A DNA stretch of 64,000 nucleotides from an uncultured Chromatiaceae bacterium. GTDB lineage: Bacteria; Pseudomonadota; Gammaproteobacteria; Steroidobacterales; GCA-2729495. Positions 1 to 8,783 of the stretch are shown piece after piece. The notes beneath the pieces were generated by a model. It was not told where the DNA came from. It did no database searches and saw only the letters and a list, made by a program, of their open reading frames with translations. The position numbers and the translations under genes are program-made. The stretch covers positions 33,849 through 97,848 of the forward strand of contig CAYQIV010000009.1 of NCBI GenBank assembly GCA_964417725.1, given 5' to 3'. Each line of letters starts with the position of its first letter. Positions within the stretch are counted from its first letter, which is position 1.

Positions 1-904
1 AGACGATGACCCATGCATAGGCCCCATAGAGCGTCAGGGTGGCGAGCAAGGTCAGGGCGAGCCCCCACGACTCGCGTCGCAGCGTCAGCTGGCGGTCTTC
101 CCGGTAGATCTTGCGGAAGATCGCCCGGTAGCGGTCGAGCAGCAGCGGGCCAAGACCGAACAGCTTGACCTCCTTGGCGTGGTCTTCGCGGGCCAGCACG
201 ACCTCAAGATAATTCTGCTGTCGCGATTCCGGGGCACGAAACCGGAACAACCGGAAAGCATCGCCCGAAAAGCGCGTTTCGGCGATGAAGGCCGGCAGCC
301 CGGCCAGCACCAGCAGGAGCATGGCCCAGGGAGAGAACCCGGCGATCAGCACGCCAACGCTGGCCAGTGTGATCGACTGCTGGAACAGGCCGAAGCTGCG
401 CATCACCAGACTCAACGGACGGCTCGACGCCTCCCGGCGGGCCCGTTGCAGCTTGTCGTAGAAATCAGCGTCCTCGAAGCAGGACAGGTCCAGTTCCAGC
501 GCCTTTTCCAGAATCATCTCGTTGACGCGCTGACCCAGTTGCGCGCGCAACAGCGACTGGCAGGCGGCGATGCCGCGCTGGCAGGCCGCCAGCAGCGCCA
601 TGAACAGGCACTCGAGCAGCACATAGCGCAACACCACGGCGTAGTCGGCCACATTGCCGGCAGACACACTTGCAATCTGCTCGACGACCCCGTCGACGAT
701 CAGCTTCCCCGCCCAGGCGATCCCTGCCGGCAACACGCCAGCGAAGGTCGTCAGACCGGCCAGCAGCACGGTCAGCAGGCGGCTCGTGCCCCAAACCAGC
801 TGAAGCGCACGGAGGGTATAGGCATACACCGCCAGATAGCGGGACAGCCCGGATACCGCTGTCGGCAAGGCCGCCGACGGATTGCCCTTCCCGCCCTTCA
901 ACAT
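1..904 (-). CDS. ABC exporter, N-terminal transmembrane domain (3' end outside window)
   Basis: Absent from the ORF track because it runs off the window edge. Manual minus-strand translation from ATG at 904 stays open to base 1: MLKGGKGNPSAALPTAVSGLSRYLAVYAYTLRALQLVWGTSRLL...FEDADFYDKLQRARREASSRPLSLV...ALTLLATLTLYGAYAWVIV. The helix and loop pattern is typical of ABC exporter membrane domains. The + ORF 179..988 is its antisense shadow. Confidence 0.7.
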   Translation of the reverse strand, partial: MLKGGKGNPSAALPTAVSGLSRYLAVYAYTLRALQLVWGTSRLLTVLLAGLTTFAGVLPAGIAWAGKLIVDGVVEQIASVSAGNVADYAVVLRYVLLECLFMALLAACQRGIAACQSLLRAQLGQRVNEMILEKALELDLSCFEDADFYDKLQRARREASSRPLSLVMRSFGLFQQSITLASVGVLIAGFSPWAMLLLVLAGLPAFIAETRFSGDAFRLFRFRAPESRQQNYLEVVLAREDHAKEVKLFGLGPLLLDRYRAIFRKIYREDRQLTLRRESWGLALTLLATLTLYGAYAWVIV

Positions 905-988
905 CACCGCTCCCTTTGCACAGACCACTCGACACCGGTGCCGCCCGCGCCCTCCAGCGCGGACACTCACGGAGCTAGAATAAGCGCG

Positions 989-1861
989 ATGCAGCCCGAC
1001 GTCGTGACACGTTTTGCCCCGAGTCCCACGGGTCCCCTCCACCTGGGCCACGCCTATGCAGCACTGGTCGCCCATGCCCTCGCAGCGCGTGCTGGCGGGC
1101 GCTTTCTCGTGCGCATCGAGGACATCGACACGGGCCGTTGCAGGGCAACGTTCGAGGCCGCGATCCACGATGACCTGCGCTGGCTGGGTTTAGGCTATCC
1201 CCTGGCGGCGTGGCGCCAGTCGACCCGTGTCCCACATTACCAGGCGGTGGTGCAGGACCTGATCCGCCGCGGCCTCGCCTACCCCTGTTTCTGCACGCGG
1301 CGTGGAATCGCCGACGAGGCGTCGCGCATCCAGCGTGCCCCCCATGGCCCTGAAGGCGCACGCTACCCCGGCACCTGCCGACACCTCGAGCCCGCAGTTG
1401 CTGCCCGGCGAATGGCCGAGGGCGAATCCTGCGCCATCCGGCTCGACGTGGCCAGCTGCATGGCCACGATCGGCGGCGAGCCGTTGCACTTCGAGGAAAC
1501 CGGCGCCGGGCCGCACGGCGAGCATGGGCGGATCGTCGTGGAACCGGGATCGATCGACGATATCGTGCTGGCCCGCAAGGATGTCGGCGTCAGTTACCAC
1601 CTTGCCGTCGTCCTCGACGACCATGCGCAGGGCATCACCCTGGTGAGCCGCGGCAACGACTTGTATCACGCCACACCGGCACAGCGCCTGCTGCAAGCCG
1701 TGTGCGGGCTGCACACGCCGCGCTACCACCATCACCCGCTGGTGACCGACTCCGCCGGGCGGCGCCTGGCAAAACGCGACCATGACCACGCCCTGTCGAC
1801 GCTGCGCGAAGCGGGGCTGACGCCGCAGCAGGTCATCGACTGCCTGCCTCCCCTGCCCTGA
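989..1861 (+). CDS. gluQ: glutamyl-Q tRNA(Asp) synthetase
   Basis: In-frame ATG at 989 inside ORF 179..1861. The 290-aa product starts MQPDVVTRFAPSPTGPLHLGHAYAAL (HIGH motif) and is a truncated GluRS-like catalytic domain with CFCTRR...YPGTCRH cysteines. Confidence 0.85.
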   Translation: MQPDVVTRFAPSPTGPLHLGHAYAALVAHALAARAGGRFLVRIEDIDTGRCRATFEAAIHDDLRWLGLGYPLAAWRQSTRVPHYQAVVQDLIRRGLAYPCFCTRRGIADEASRIQRAPHGPEGARYPGTCRHLEPAVAARRMAEGESCAIRLDVASCMATIGGEPLHFEETGAGPHGEHGRIVVEPGSIDDIVLARKDVGVSYHLAVVLDDHAQGITLVSRGNDLYHATPAQRLLQAVCGLHTPRYHHHPLVTDSAGRRLAKRDHDHALSTLREAGLTPQQVIDCLPPLP

Positions 1862-1885
1862 GGGCTGACGCTGCCGGCCAGGGTA

Positions 1886-3724
1886 TCAGTCGGCCTCACG
1901 CAGCGGGTCGCAGCAATGCCGGTCCGGGGGCACGAAGTCATCGCCGGCTTCGAGCACCGCGCCCGTGATGTCGTTGGGGCGAAACACGGTGCACCCTTTC
2001 AATCCCTCACGCCATGCCCGGCGGTACAGATCGGCGAATTCCGCATAGGGGATATCGGCAGCGACGTTGATGGTCTTCGAGATGGCGTTGTCGACGAAAG
2101 GCTGCAGCACGGCCTGCATTTCCAGATGGGCAACCGGGCTGATCGCGCGGGCCTCGACAAAGGCCGCACAGGGTGGCAGGCCGGGATGCAGGCGCTGCCA
2201 GACCTGCCAGGCGTAATCCTCGACATCATGATGGCGCGGTGACCCGTCTGCTTCCAGAACCCTGCGCCGGGCACGCAAGGCGAATATCGGCTCGATCCCG
2301 CCGGAGATATTGTTGGCCAGCAGGCTGATGGTTCCCGCCGGCGCGATGGCAAGCACATGGCTGTTGCGGATCCCGTGGGCGCGGATACCCTCGCGGATAT
2401 CTGCCGGCAATCGCTCGATAAAGCGGCTGCCGGCGTGGTGCTGCGCCTGACAGGCAGGGAACAGGCCCTTCTCCCGGGCCAGCCCGAGAGAGGCGCGATA
2501 GCCTGCCTCACAGACCGTGCGCATGATCAGCGCCGCCAGGGTGCGCCCTCCCGCGCTGTCGTACTCCACCCCGAGCATTGCCAGCGCATCCGCAAGCCCG
2601 CTGATGCCAAGGCCGATGCGGCGAGTGGCCAGCGCCTGTGCGGCCTGTCGGGGAAGTGGGTAGCGTGACAGCGTGACGATGTTGTCGAGAAAACGCACCG
2701 CCAGCGCGGCAGCGCGCTGCAGCCCGTGGAAATCGACGGCGGCCCCGGTGCGGAAGGGTGCATGGATGAACGCCGTGAGGTTGAGCGAGCCCAGGTTGCA
2801 GGCACCGTAAGGTGGCAGCGGGACCTCGCCGCACGGATTGGTGCATGTCAGCCACTCGCTTCCCTGAAGCGTGTTCTCGCGGTTGATCTGGTCGATGAAC
2901 AGCACGCCAGGCTCGGCGCTTTCATATGCGGCGCGAAGCAGTTGCTGCCAGAGGTCGCGGGCCCGTGGTGCCGCGTGGACACGACACGGCACCTCGCTGG
3001 CGCTGCCCGTCCAGCGCCGCAGCACCCGCACCCCCTCGACGGCCGGGTCGGTATCCGGAAACACCAGCGGCCAGGACGCATCCTCCTCCACCGCACGCAT
3101 GAAGGCATCGCTCACCTGCACCGACAGGTTGAAATGCCTCAGCTGCCCCGGGTCGCGCTTGGCATCGATGAATTGCGCGACATCCGGATGGTCGCAGCGC
3201 AAGGTGGCCATCATGGCGCCGCGCCGCGTGCCGGTCGACATGACCGTCGCGCACATCGCGTCCCACACCCGCATGAACGACACCGGACCCGACGCGGTGG
3301 TACCGCAGCCTGCAGCACTCACCCCTGCCGGGCGCAGCGTCGAGAAATCATGGCCGATGCCGCCGCCCTGCTGCAGGGTGATCGCCGCTTCACGCAGATG
3401 GGCAAAGATGCCGGCCATCGAGTCAGGCAGAACGCCCATGACAAAGCAGTTGCTCAGCGTGGTATCGCGAGCCAGCCCGGCTCCGGCCAGGATGCGGCCG
3501 CCAGGCAGAAAGCGGAAATCCTCCAGCAACTGGTAGAAGGCGGTTTCCCAGTAGTCGTGCTGCGCCGTCTCGACCTGTGCCACCGCGTGCGCGACGCGTT
3601 GCCATGTGTGGGTGACGAGGGACTCACCGGGGGCCCGATAGCGCGTGGCCCAGATATGCCGGGACACCGGCGTTCGCAGCGGCGATTGCCCGTCGGGTTG
3701 GCGCGTGTCCGTCGGTCCGACCAC
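1886..3724 (-). CDS. nrdJ: adenosylcobalamin-dependent (class II) ribonucleotide reductase
   Basis: 612 aa. Contains LSNCFVMG, the NPCGEVPLPPYGACNLGSLNL active-site finger loop, and a C-terminal CC pair (RHCCDPL). Confidence 0.8.
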   Translation of the reverse strand: MVGPTDTRQPDGQSPLRTPVSRHIWATRYRAPGESLVTHTWQRVAHAVAQVETAQHDYWETAFYQLLEDFRFLPGGRILAGAGLARDTTLSNCFVMGVLPDSMAGIFAHLREAAITLQQGGGIGHDFSTLRPAGVSAAGCGTTASGPVSFMRVWDAMCATVMSTGTRRGAMMATLRCDHPDVAQFIDAKRDPGQLRHFNLSVQVSDAFMRAVEEDASWPLVFPDTDPAVEGVRVLRRWTGSASEVPCRVHAAPRARDLWQQLLRAAYESAEPGVLFIDQINRENTLQGSEWLTCTNPCGEVPLPPYGACNLGSLNLTAFIHAPFRTGAAVDFHGLQRAAALAVRFLDNIVTLSRYPLPRQAAQALATRRIGLGISGLADALAMLGVEYDSAGGRTLAALIMRTVCEAGYRASLGLAREKGLFPACQAQHHAGSRFIERLPADIREGIRAHGIRNSHVLAIAPAGTISLLANNISGGIEPIFALRARRRVLEADGSPRHHDVEDYAWQVWQRLHPGLPPCAAFVEARAISPVAHLEMQAVLQPFVDNAISKTINVAADIPYAEFADLYRRAWREGLKGCTVFRPNDITGAVLEAGDDFVPPDRHCCDPLREAD

Positions 3725-3785
3725 GGCCCGAGCCTACACCAGCCCGGGCGATGGCGCGATCACCGGCCGGGCGGCGGCGGCCGGA

Positions 3786-4391
3786 TCAGCCCTGGATGCC
3801 CAGCAGCGTCAGCATCGGCCCGGCAAAAAGGCTCCGCTTGCCGACCATGCACCAGATGAGGATGTACAACACAACGACCAGCGCCAGCATGCCGCGGATC
3901 GCACCGCTGCGCATGCCGTGGCCCGGATCGGCGGCGTTGCGGTTGCGGGCATAGCGGATGACATCCGGGATGACGCTGAACCCGGCCATCAGCCAGAAGG
4001 TGAAATAGGCGTCCCAGGCCCACGGTACCGCGACCAGCCCGCCAGCGTCATCGACCAGCATCAGGCCGAACAGTGGCACGATCACCGCAGTGGGCGCAGT
4101 CACGCCGAGGCACAGCTTGCGCAGGAACGCCCGCGCCCAGATACCGGTTTCCCTGGACTGGCCCTGACGCAGGCGCATCGCCCAGATGTTGCTGAAGAAC
4201 GTGTGACCAACGTAGGCAAAGGCAGCGAGTTCGTGGATGGCCAGCGTCGGAAAGTAGCCGAGGACCTGCGGAATGCGGACCACACCCAGCAGCGGCAGGA
4301 AGGTCACCCCCATCAGCGCGCACCAGACGCCATACCAAACGTGGCGCTGCGCATCGACGTCCGGACGACCGGAAAGCACTGACGCGGCCAT
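3786..4391 (-). CDS. integral membrane protein (DUF2269-like)
   Basis: Internal ATG at 4391 (MAASVLSG...). Multiple hydrophobic helices, with LAIHELAAFAYVGHTFFSNIWAMR resembling DUF2269 membrane proteins. Family assignment is tentative. Confidence 0.55.
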   Translation of the reverse strand: MAASVLSGRPDVDAQRHVWYGVWCALMGVTFLPLLGVVRIPQVLGYFPTLAIHELAAFAYVGHTFFSNIWAMRLRQGQSRETGIWARAFLRKLCLGVTAPTAVIVPLFGLMLVDDAGGLVAVPWAWDAYFTFWLMAGFSVIPDVIRYARNRNAADPGHGMRSGAIRGMLALVVVLYILIWCMVGKRSLFAGPMLTLLGIQG

Positions 4392-4533
4392 GTGGACTCC
4401 CTGTTTGCCGGTGAACACCTGACGGTGTCGAATGATGCCCGCACCGCTCGACCGGCTCCAGCCCGGCGCCGTCCCGCGGCCCGGTACGGCCACCTGTCGG
4501 TGACGGCCGCCCGGTCTGACACGCGGTCAGCCT

Positions 4534-4551
4534 GATGCCGGTACCGGCATC
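4534..4551. promoter_or_regulatory. perfect 18-bp palindrome GATGCCGGTACCGGCATC, candidate operator upstream of the UbiD-family gene
   Basis: Read directly from the sequence. It lies about 45 nt upstream of the GTG at 4597, just 5' of a TAGAAT -10-like hexamer (4567..4572) and an AAGGAG RBS (4583..4588). Confidence 0.35.
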
Positions 4552-4596
4552 CTGCCACGGTGCCGCTAGAATGGGCCGCCCCAAGGAGAAAGCGCC

Positions 4597-6030
4597 GTGC
4601 ACGATTTCAGGACCCTGGCCAGGCTCGTCGACGAACAGGGCGAGATGTACCACATCCAGCGCCCGGTCAACCCGCGTTTCGAGATGCCGGCCCTGATGCT
4701 GCAGGCTGAAAAGCAACGCCGTGCCTTCCGCTTCGACCACGTCACCGGCAGCGATTTCCCGGTCATCGGCGGCCTGCTGAACCGCATCGAGCGCTATGGC
4801 TGGGCGCTCGGCACGCGCCCCGGCGAGCCTTTCGACCAGGCGGCGCTGGATGCCCGCATCGAGGCCGGCCGCAATGCGCCACTGCCACCCGAAGTGCATG
4901 ACCAGGGGCCGGTGCAGGACGTCTCCCTGACCGGCGAGGCCATCGACCTGGGGCGCCTGCCCGTGCCGACATTCTTCGCCGAGGACAGCGGTCCGTTCAT
5001 CACCAGCGCGGTGGGCATCTCCCGCAATCCGGAAACCGGCAAGCTCAACGTCGGCATCTACCGCACCCTGGTCATCGACCGTCATACCGTCGTGGTCAAT
5101 GCCAGCTCACTCTCCGACCTGATCCGCTATTACCGCCATGCGCGCGACCGCGGCCAGCCCCTGCAGATCGCCCTGGCCATCGGCGCCGATCCGGCGCTGC
5201 TGATCGCCGCCGCCTGCAAGTTTCCGCCGGACGTTTCCGAGATCGAGGTTGCCGGTGGCCTGGCCGGTGCACCGCTGCCCATGGTCAGGTGTCAGCGCAG
5301 CGACCTGCTGGTGCCGGCGCGTGCCGAGATGGTCCTTGAACTGACCGTCGATTTTTCGCTGGATGTGTGCAATACGCTCGGTGAATTTGCCGGCCAGTAT
5401 GGCACCGAAACGGCGCCGGCCAGTCGCGTGGATGTCATCACCCACCGCCACGACGCGCTTTTCTACAGCATCCTCGCCGGCCGCAATCCGGAACACAACA
5501 CATTGGGCGGCGTGGCCACCTACGGCATCCAGCGCAACCTGTGCAACGCGCTGCGCCGGCAGTTTCCCGTCATCCGCGACATCAACGCCTACATCGATCC
5601 GCAACTTGGTGCGATGGTCCATATCGTCGTCGCAATCGACAAGCAGGATGACGAGGAGCCCCGACAGCTCATCCGCAGGATCTTTTCGGCCGACGGCGGA
5701 TTTTTCCCCGTCAGTCACATCACCAAGCGGGTCATCGTCGTCGACACCGACATCGACGTGCACGATCTGGGCGACGTCGAATGGGCGATCTGGAGCCGGG
5801 TTGCCGATGCAGGGAAGTACGTCATCATTCCCGACCAGCAGAGCTGGGAACTGGAGCGCTGTGCGCGGCCCGGACGGGGCTCGCTGCGCATTGGCATCGA
5901 TGCCACGATGGACGCGGCCGACCGCGAGAAACTCAAGCGGCCGGTCATTCCCGGCAGCGCGGCAATCCTGCTGCCCGACTACGCCGCCAACCCGCCGTCA
6001 CGCCGAGCCGCCCACGGGACACCGCCATGA
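4597..6030 (+). CDS. UbiD-family (prFMN-dependent) decarboxylase
   Basis: 477 aa. N-terminus MHDFRTLARLVDEQGEMYHIQRPVNPRFEMPALM...FDHVTGSDFPVIGGLL and overall length are typical of the UbiD family. AAGGAG RBS upstream. No ubiX in the window. Confidence 0.8.
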   Translation: MHDFRTLARLVDEQGEMYHIQRPVNPRFEMPALMLQAEKQRRAFRFDHVTGSDFPVIGGLLNRIERYGWALGTRPGEPFDQAALDARIEAGRNAPLPPEVHDQGPVQDVSLTGEAIDLGRLPVPTFFAEDSGPFITSAVGISRNPETGKLNVGIYRTLVIDRHTVVVNASSLSDLIRYYRHARDRGQPLQIALAIGADPALLIAAACKFPPDVSEIEVAGGLAGAPLPMVRCQRSDLLVPARAEMVLELTVDFSLDVCNTLGEFAGQYGTETAPASRVDVITHRHDALFYSILAGRNPEHNTLGGVATYGIQRNLCNALRRQFPVIRDINAYIDPQLGAMVHIVVAIDKQDDEEPRQLIRRIFSADGGFFPVSHITKRVIVVDTDIDVHDLGDVEWAIWSRVADAGKYVIIPDQQSWELERCARPGRGSLRIGIDATMDAADREKLKRPVIPGSAAILLPDYAANPPSRRAAHGTPP

Positions 6031-7130
6031 TAGACCCCTACATCGCTGTCGCCCTGCAGACGACTGTCCGCCATGTCACACATCGCAGCGAGGTCGAACG
6101 CAATCTGGTCCACATCGGCAACATGGTCGATCTGGTCTGCCATATCTGCTCACTGGAACTGCCCGTGCGCCTGGTCACGCTCGGCGAAGGCGCGATACAG
6201 GGTTTCGTCGACGAGATCATGCACCTGTCGCCGGCGGAATACGCCGAGCGAATGGCGGCCGAAATCCCCGGCGACGAGACCAATTTCCTCGGTGAACGGG
6301 CCCGCCGGCACGGCATCTGGCTGCTCGGTCAGCTCAAGGAAAAGGTCTCGGGATATCCGGGGCGCTTCTTCAACACCGTGTTCCTCATCGATCCGCAGGG
6401 CAAGGTGGTCTACAAGCATCGCAAGAACGTTGTTTTGTTCGTCGAGCACTCGACCACGCCGCACGATGTCTATGACCGGTGGGTCGAGGAACATGGTGAT
6501 GGCCTGGACGCCTTTTTTCCGGTCGCGAGGACCGAGATCGGCAACATCGGCGGCAGCGTCGGCGTCGAGGGATCGTTCCCGGAAAGTTACCGCGGCTTCG
6601 CCATGAACGGAGCCGAGATTCTTTACCGGGGGTCGTTGCCGGAGCCGTGGGTCTCGAGGGAGATATGGGACGTCCAGAACCGTGCGCGTGCGGTCGACAA
6701 CACGGCATATCTCATGGCACCCAACTGTGGTGCACTCGTCATGCCCGGCAGCCCGCCGGTGACGATCGGTGGCGCACTCGGTGGCAAGTCGATGATCGCT
6801 GGCTACAAAGGCGAGTTGCTGGCGCAAAGCAGTGCAACGGACGATTGCTACGTCAGCGCCGAGATCAACATCGAGGCGCTGCGCTACTACCGCGAGACAG
6901 CCCGTTTCCAGAACTGGCTGCCGTATCTGCGCACCGAAATCTATCGCCAGATCTACGCCAAACCGATCTGGCCGAAGAACCAGACGGCCTCCGACGATGA
7001 GGCAGCAGGCGCACTGTTCAATGCTTCGGTGGCCCGGCTCCAGGCTGATGGCGCCTATACGCCGCGGGATACCTGCTATCCTTCCACGCCGGCTGCCCCA
7101 GGCCGGAACGGGCAAGATGGCAAGGAGTGA
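6027..7130 (+). CDS. carbon-nitrogen hydrolase (nitrilase superfamily) paralogue lacking the catalytic cysteine
   Basis: ATG at 6027 overlaps the UbiD-family gene's stop (ATGA). The 367-aa product is clearly homologous to the product of 7374..8513. The Glu (LVTLGEG) and Lys (YKHRKN) positions are kept, but the nucleophile motif reads GGSVGVEGSFPE where the paralogue has GTLICAEGSYPE. Confidence 0.75.
   Translation: MIDPYIAVALQTTVRHVTHRSEVERNLVHIGNMVDLVCHICSLELPVRLVTLGEGAIQGFVDEIMHLSPAEYAERMAAEIPGDETNFLGERARRHGIWLLGQLKEKVSGYPGRFFNTVFLIDPQGKVVYKHRKNVVLFVEHSTTPHDVYDRWVEEHGDGLDAFFPVARTEIGNIGGSVGVEGSFPESYRGFAMNGAEILYRGSLPEPWVSREIWDVQNRARAVDNTAYLMAPNCGALVMPGSPPVTIGGALGGKSMIAGYKGELLAQSSATDDCYVSAEINIEALRYYRETARFQNWLPYLRTEIYRQIYAKPIWPKNQTASDDEAAGALFNASVARLQADGAYTPRDTCYPSTPAAPGRNGQDGKE
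6530..6551 (+). repeat. 22-bp segment identical (inverted) to 7974..7995
   Basis: GACCGAGATCGGCAACATCGGC, encoding (T)EIGNIG just upstream of the active-site position in the Cys-less paralogue. Confidence 0.8.
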
Positions 7131-7372
7131 TCGTGGCAAAAATACTGCGGCGTTCGCAGGACAGGGTGCTGTTGGGCGTCTGTGGGGGCGTTGCCGAATG
7201 GATGGGGTGGGAAGCGAACTCGGTGCGGCTCGGCTATGCCGTCCTGACGGTGGTCAGTCTTCTGCTACCGGGCATTTTCATCTATACCCTGCTGCTGCTT
7301 TTCATGCGGCCACCCGGATACACGCCCTCACCGCAGAGCCCGCCGCACGACGACGAAGAGCGGGGCCGCTGA
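7127..7372 (+). CDS. PspC-domain membrane protein
   Basis: 81 aa. LLGVCGGVAEWMGWEANSVRLGYAVLTV matches the PspC-domain signature and is followed by a transmembrane helix. The GTG start overlaps the upstream stop (GTGA). Confidence 0.75.
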   Translation: MIVAKILRRSQDRVLLGVCGGVAEWMGWEANSVRLGYAVLTVVSLLLPGIFIYTLLLLFMRPPGYTPSPQSPPHDDEERGR

Positions 7373-7373
7373 C

Positions 7374-8513
7374 TCAACGGTTACCGCTGCGCGCCAGGCG
7401 CTCGAGCACGTCGCCATCCACCGGGAAGGGCTGCCAGTCTCGCGGTGGCGTGTAGACACCCCAGGAAACCATCTTGTTGACTTGATGCTTGACCAGCTCG
7501 AGTTGCTCCGATTCGGTGAACGGCGGGGCATCCATGCACAGGTTCTTCGGGTAGATGCCGCCGCGCGACAGCGCTGCCGCGTAGATGGCATGGTATTCCT
7601 CGACGCGCATGTCCTTGACCAGGTTTTGCCATTGCGCCCTGACGCGAAAATCGCGCAACGCCTCGATGTCGAACAGTCCACTGACCAGCGTCTCGCCACC
7701 GCCCAGATACTCGGAGATGATGCCACCCCGGTAGTCGATGATCTGACTCTTGCCGCAGCTCATCTTGTGACCACCGCCGGGGAACCAGATCCCGCCGATG
7801 TTGGGTGCCATCACGTAGGCCGTGTTGAAGACGGCGTGCGAGCGGTTCTGGATTTCGGCGATCCCGTTGCCCATCCACGGCTCGGGGTACTGGGTGCGCC
7901 AGATGATTTCCGCACCATTCATCGCCAGCCCCCGTGCGGCCTCCGGATAGCTGCCCTCGGCGCAGATCAGCGTGCCGATGTTGCCGATCTCGGTCTTTGC
8001 CACAGGGAAAATGGCCTGGAACAGCTTTACCGGATCGTCACCGTAGCGGCGCAGGTAGAGGTCCCAGATGTCGCTGGGCGCGACGTTCGGTTCCCGCTGG
8101 TAGAACGCCGTCTTGTAGTGTTTGTGGATGACCTCGCCCTGCGGGTCGATGACGAAGGCGATATTGAAGACCCGATCCTCCATGAGCGTCGGGTCCCTGG
8201 CCACCATCTGCGCGATGATGTACACATTGAACTCGCGGGCCAATGCCCCGAGCGCCGCCGTCTCCGGCCCCGGAATCTCCGGCGCAACCTCCCGGCAGAT
8301 GCGCAGATGCTCGTCCCCGCCACCCAGGCACCAGCCACCGATGCCACCTTCAGAAACGGCCACCAGCCTGACCGGCAGGTCGAGGCTGCAGTTCCAGACC
8401 GCATAGCGGATGCTGAGGGCCAGGGCATCGATGTCCTTCATATAGTCATCACGCGTGACCGCCATGCGCGACTCGTTCTGTATGCCAACGGCGGTGTACC
8501 TGAGGGAAGACAT
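7374..8513 (-). CDS. carbon-nitrogen hydrolase (nitrilase superfamily), catalytic triad intact
   Basis: 379 aa. Has Glu (LVAVSEGG), Lys (HKHYKT) and the Cys-x-Glu nucleophile elbow (LICAEGSYPE). Its stop lies 1 nt from the PspC gene stop (convergent). Confidence 0.75.
   Translation of the reverse strand: MSSLRYTAVGIQNESRMAVTRDDYMKDIDALALSIRYAVWNCSLDLPVRLVAVSEGGIGGWCLGGGDEHLRICREVAPEIPGPETAALGALAREFNVYIIAQMVARDPTLMEDRVFNIAFVIDPQGEVIHKHYKTAFYQREPNVAPSDIWDLYLRRYGDDPVKLFQAIFPVAKTEIGNIGTLICAEGSYPEAARGLAMNGAEIIWRTQYPEPWMGNGIAEIQNRSHAVFNTAYVMAPNIGGIWFPGGGHKMSCGKSQIIDYRGGIISEYLGGGETLVSGLFDIEALRDFRVRAQWQNLVKDMRVEEYHAIYAAALSRGGIYPKNLCMDAPPFTESEQLELVKHQVNKMVSWGVYTPPRDWQPFPVDGDVLERLARSGNR
7974..7995 (-). 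repeat. inverted copy of the 22-bp segment at 6530..6551
   Basis: The plus strand reads GCCGATGTTGCCGATCTCGGTC, the exact reverse complement of 6530..6551. Confidence 0.8.
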
Positions 8514-8783
8514 CGGTGGGTTCTCCTGGGCATCGGGCGGCGGACGGTGGGCCTGCCGGCTTACCGCCCTTCACTATAGGAGCGGGCCCGGCGGCCGGCA
8601 AATACAAAAAATGGGCTCCCGATCCGGCCCGCGCCCGGTGAGGGGTGACGCAGGTCACGGTCCGGTGCCGGAACGCTGGCAGCCAGCAGGACCGGCGGCG
8701 CAATATCGACCCGCCATGTTCAAGCAGGATCCGCCAACGGCCGATAAGGTACCGGGACACCCCGGGACAGCGGATCGAGGCCG

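Noticed and set aside
179-988. N-terminal 270 codons of track ORF 179..1861, which would give a 560-aa GluQ
   Set aside because: The translated sequence is Arg/Gln/His/Gly-rich nonsense. It is the antisense shadow of the minus-strand ABC exporter gene (1..904). The GluQRS homology begins exactly at the in-frame ATG at 989.
3725-4596. Possible cobalamin riboswitch associated with nrdJ
   Set aside because: Only 61 nt separate nrdJ from the upstream membrane-protein gene. The 205-nt region upstream of that gene shows no recognisable B12-box.
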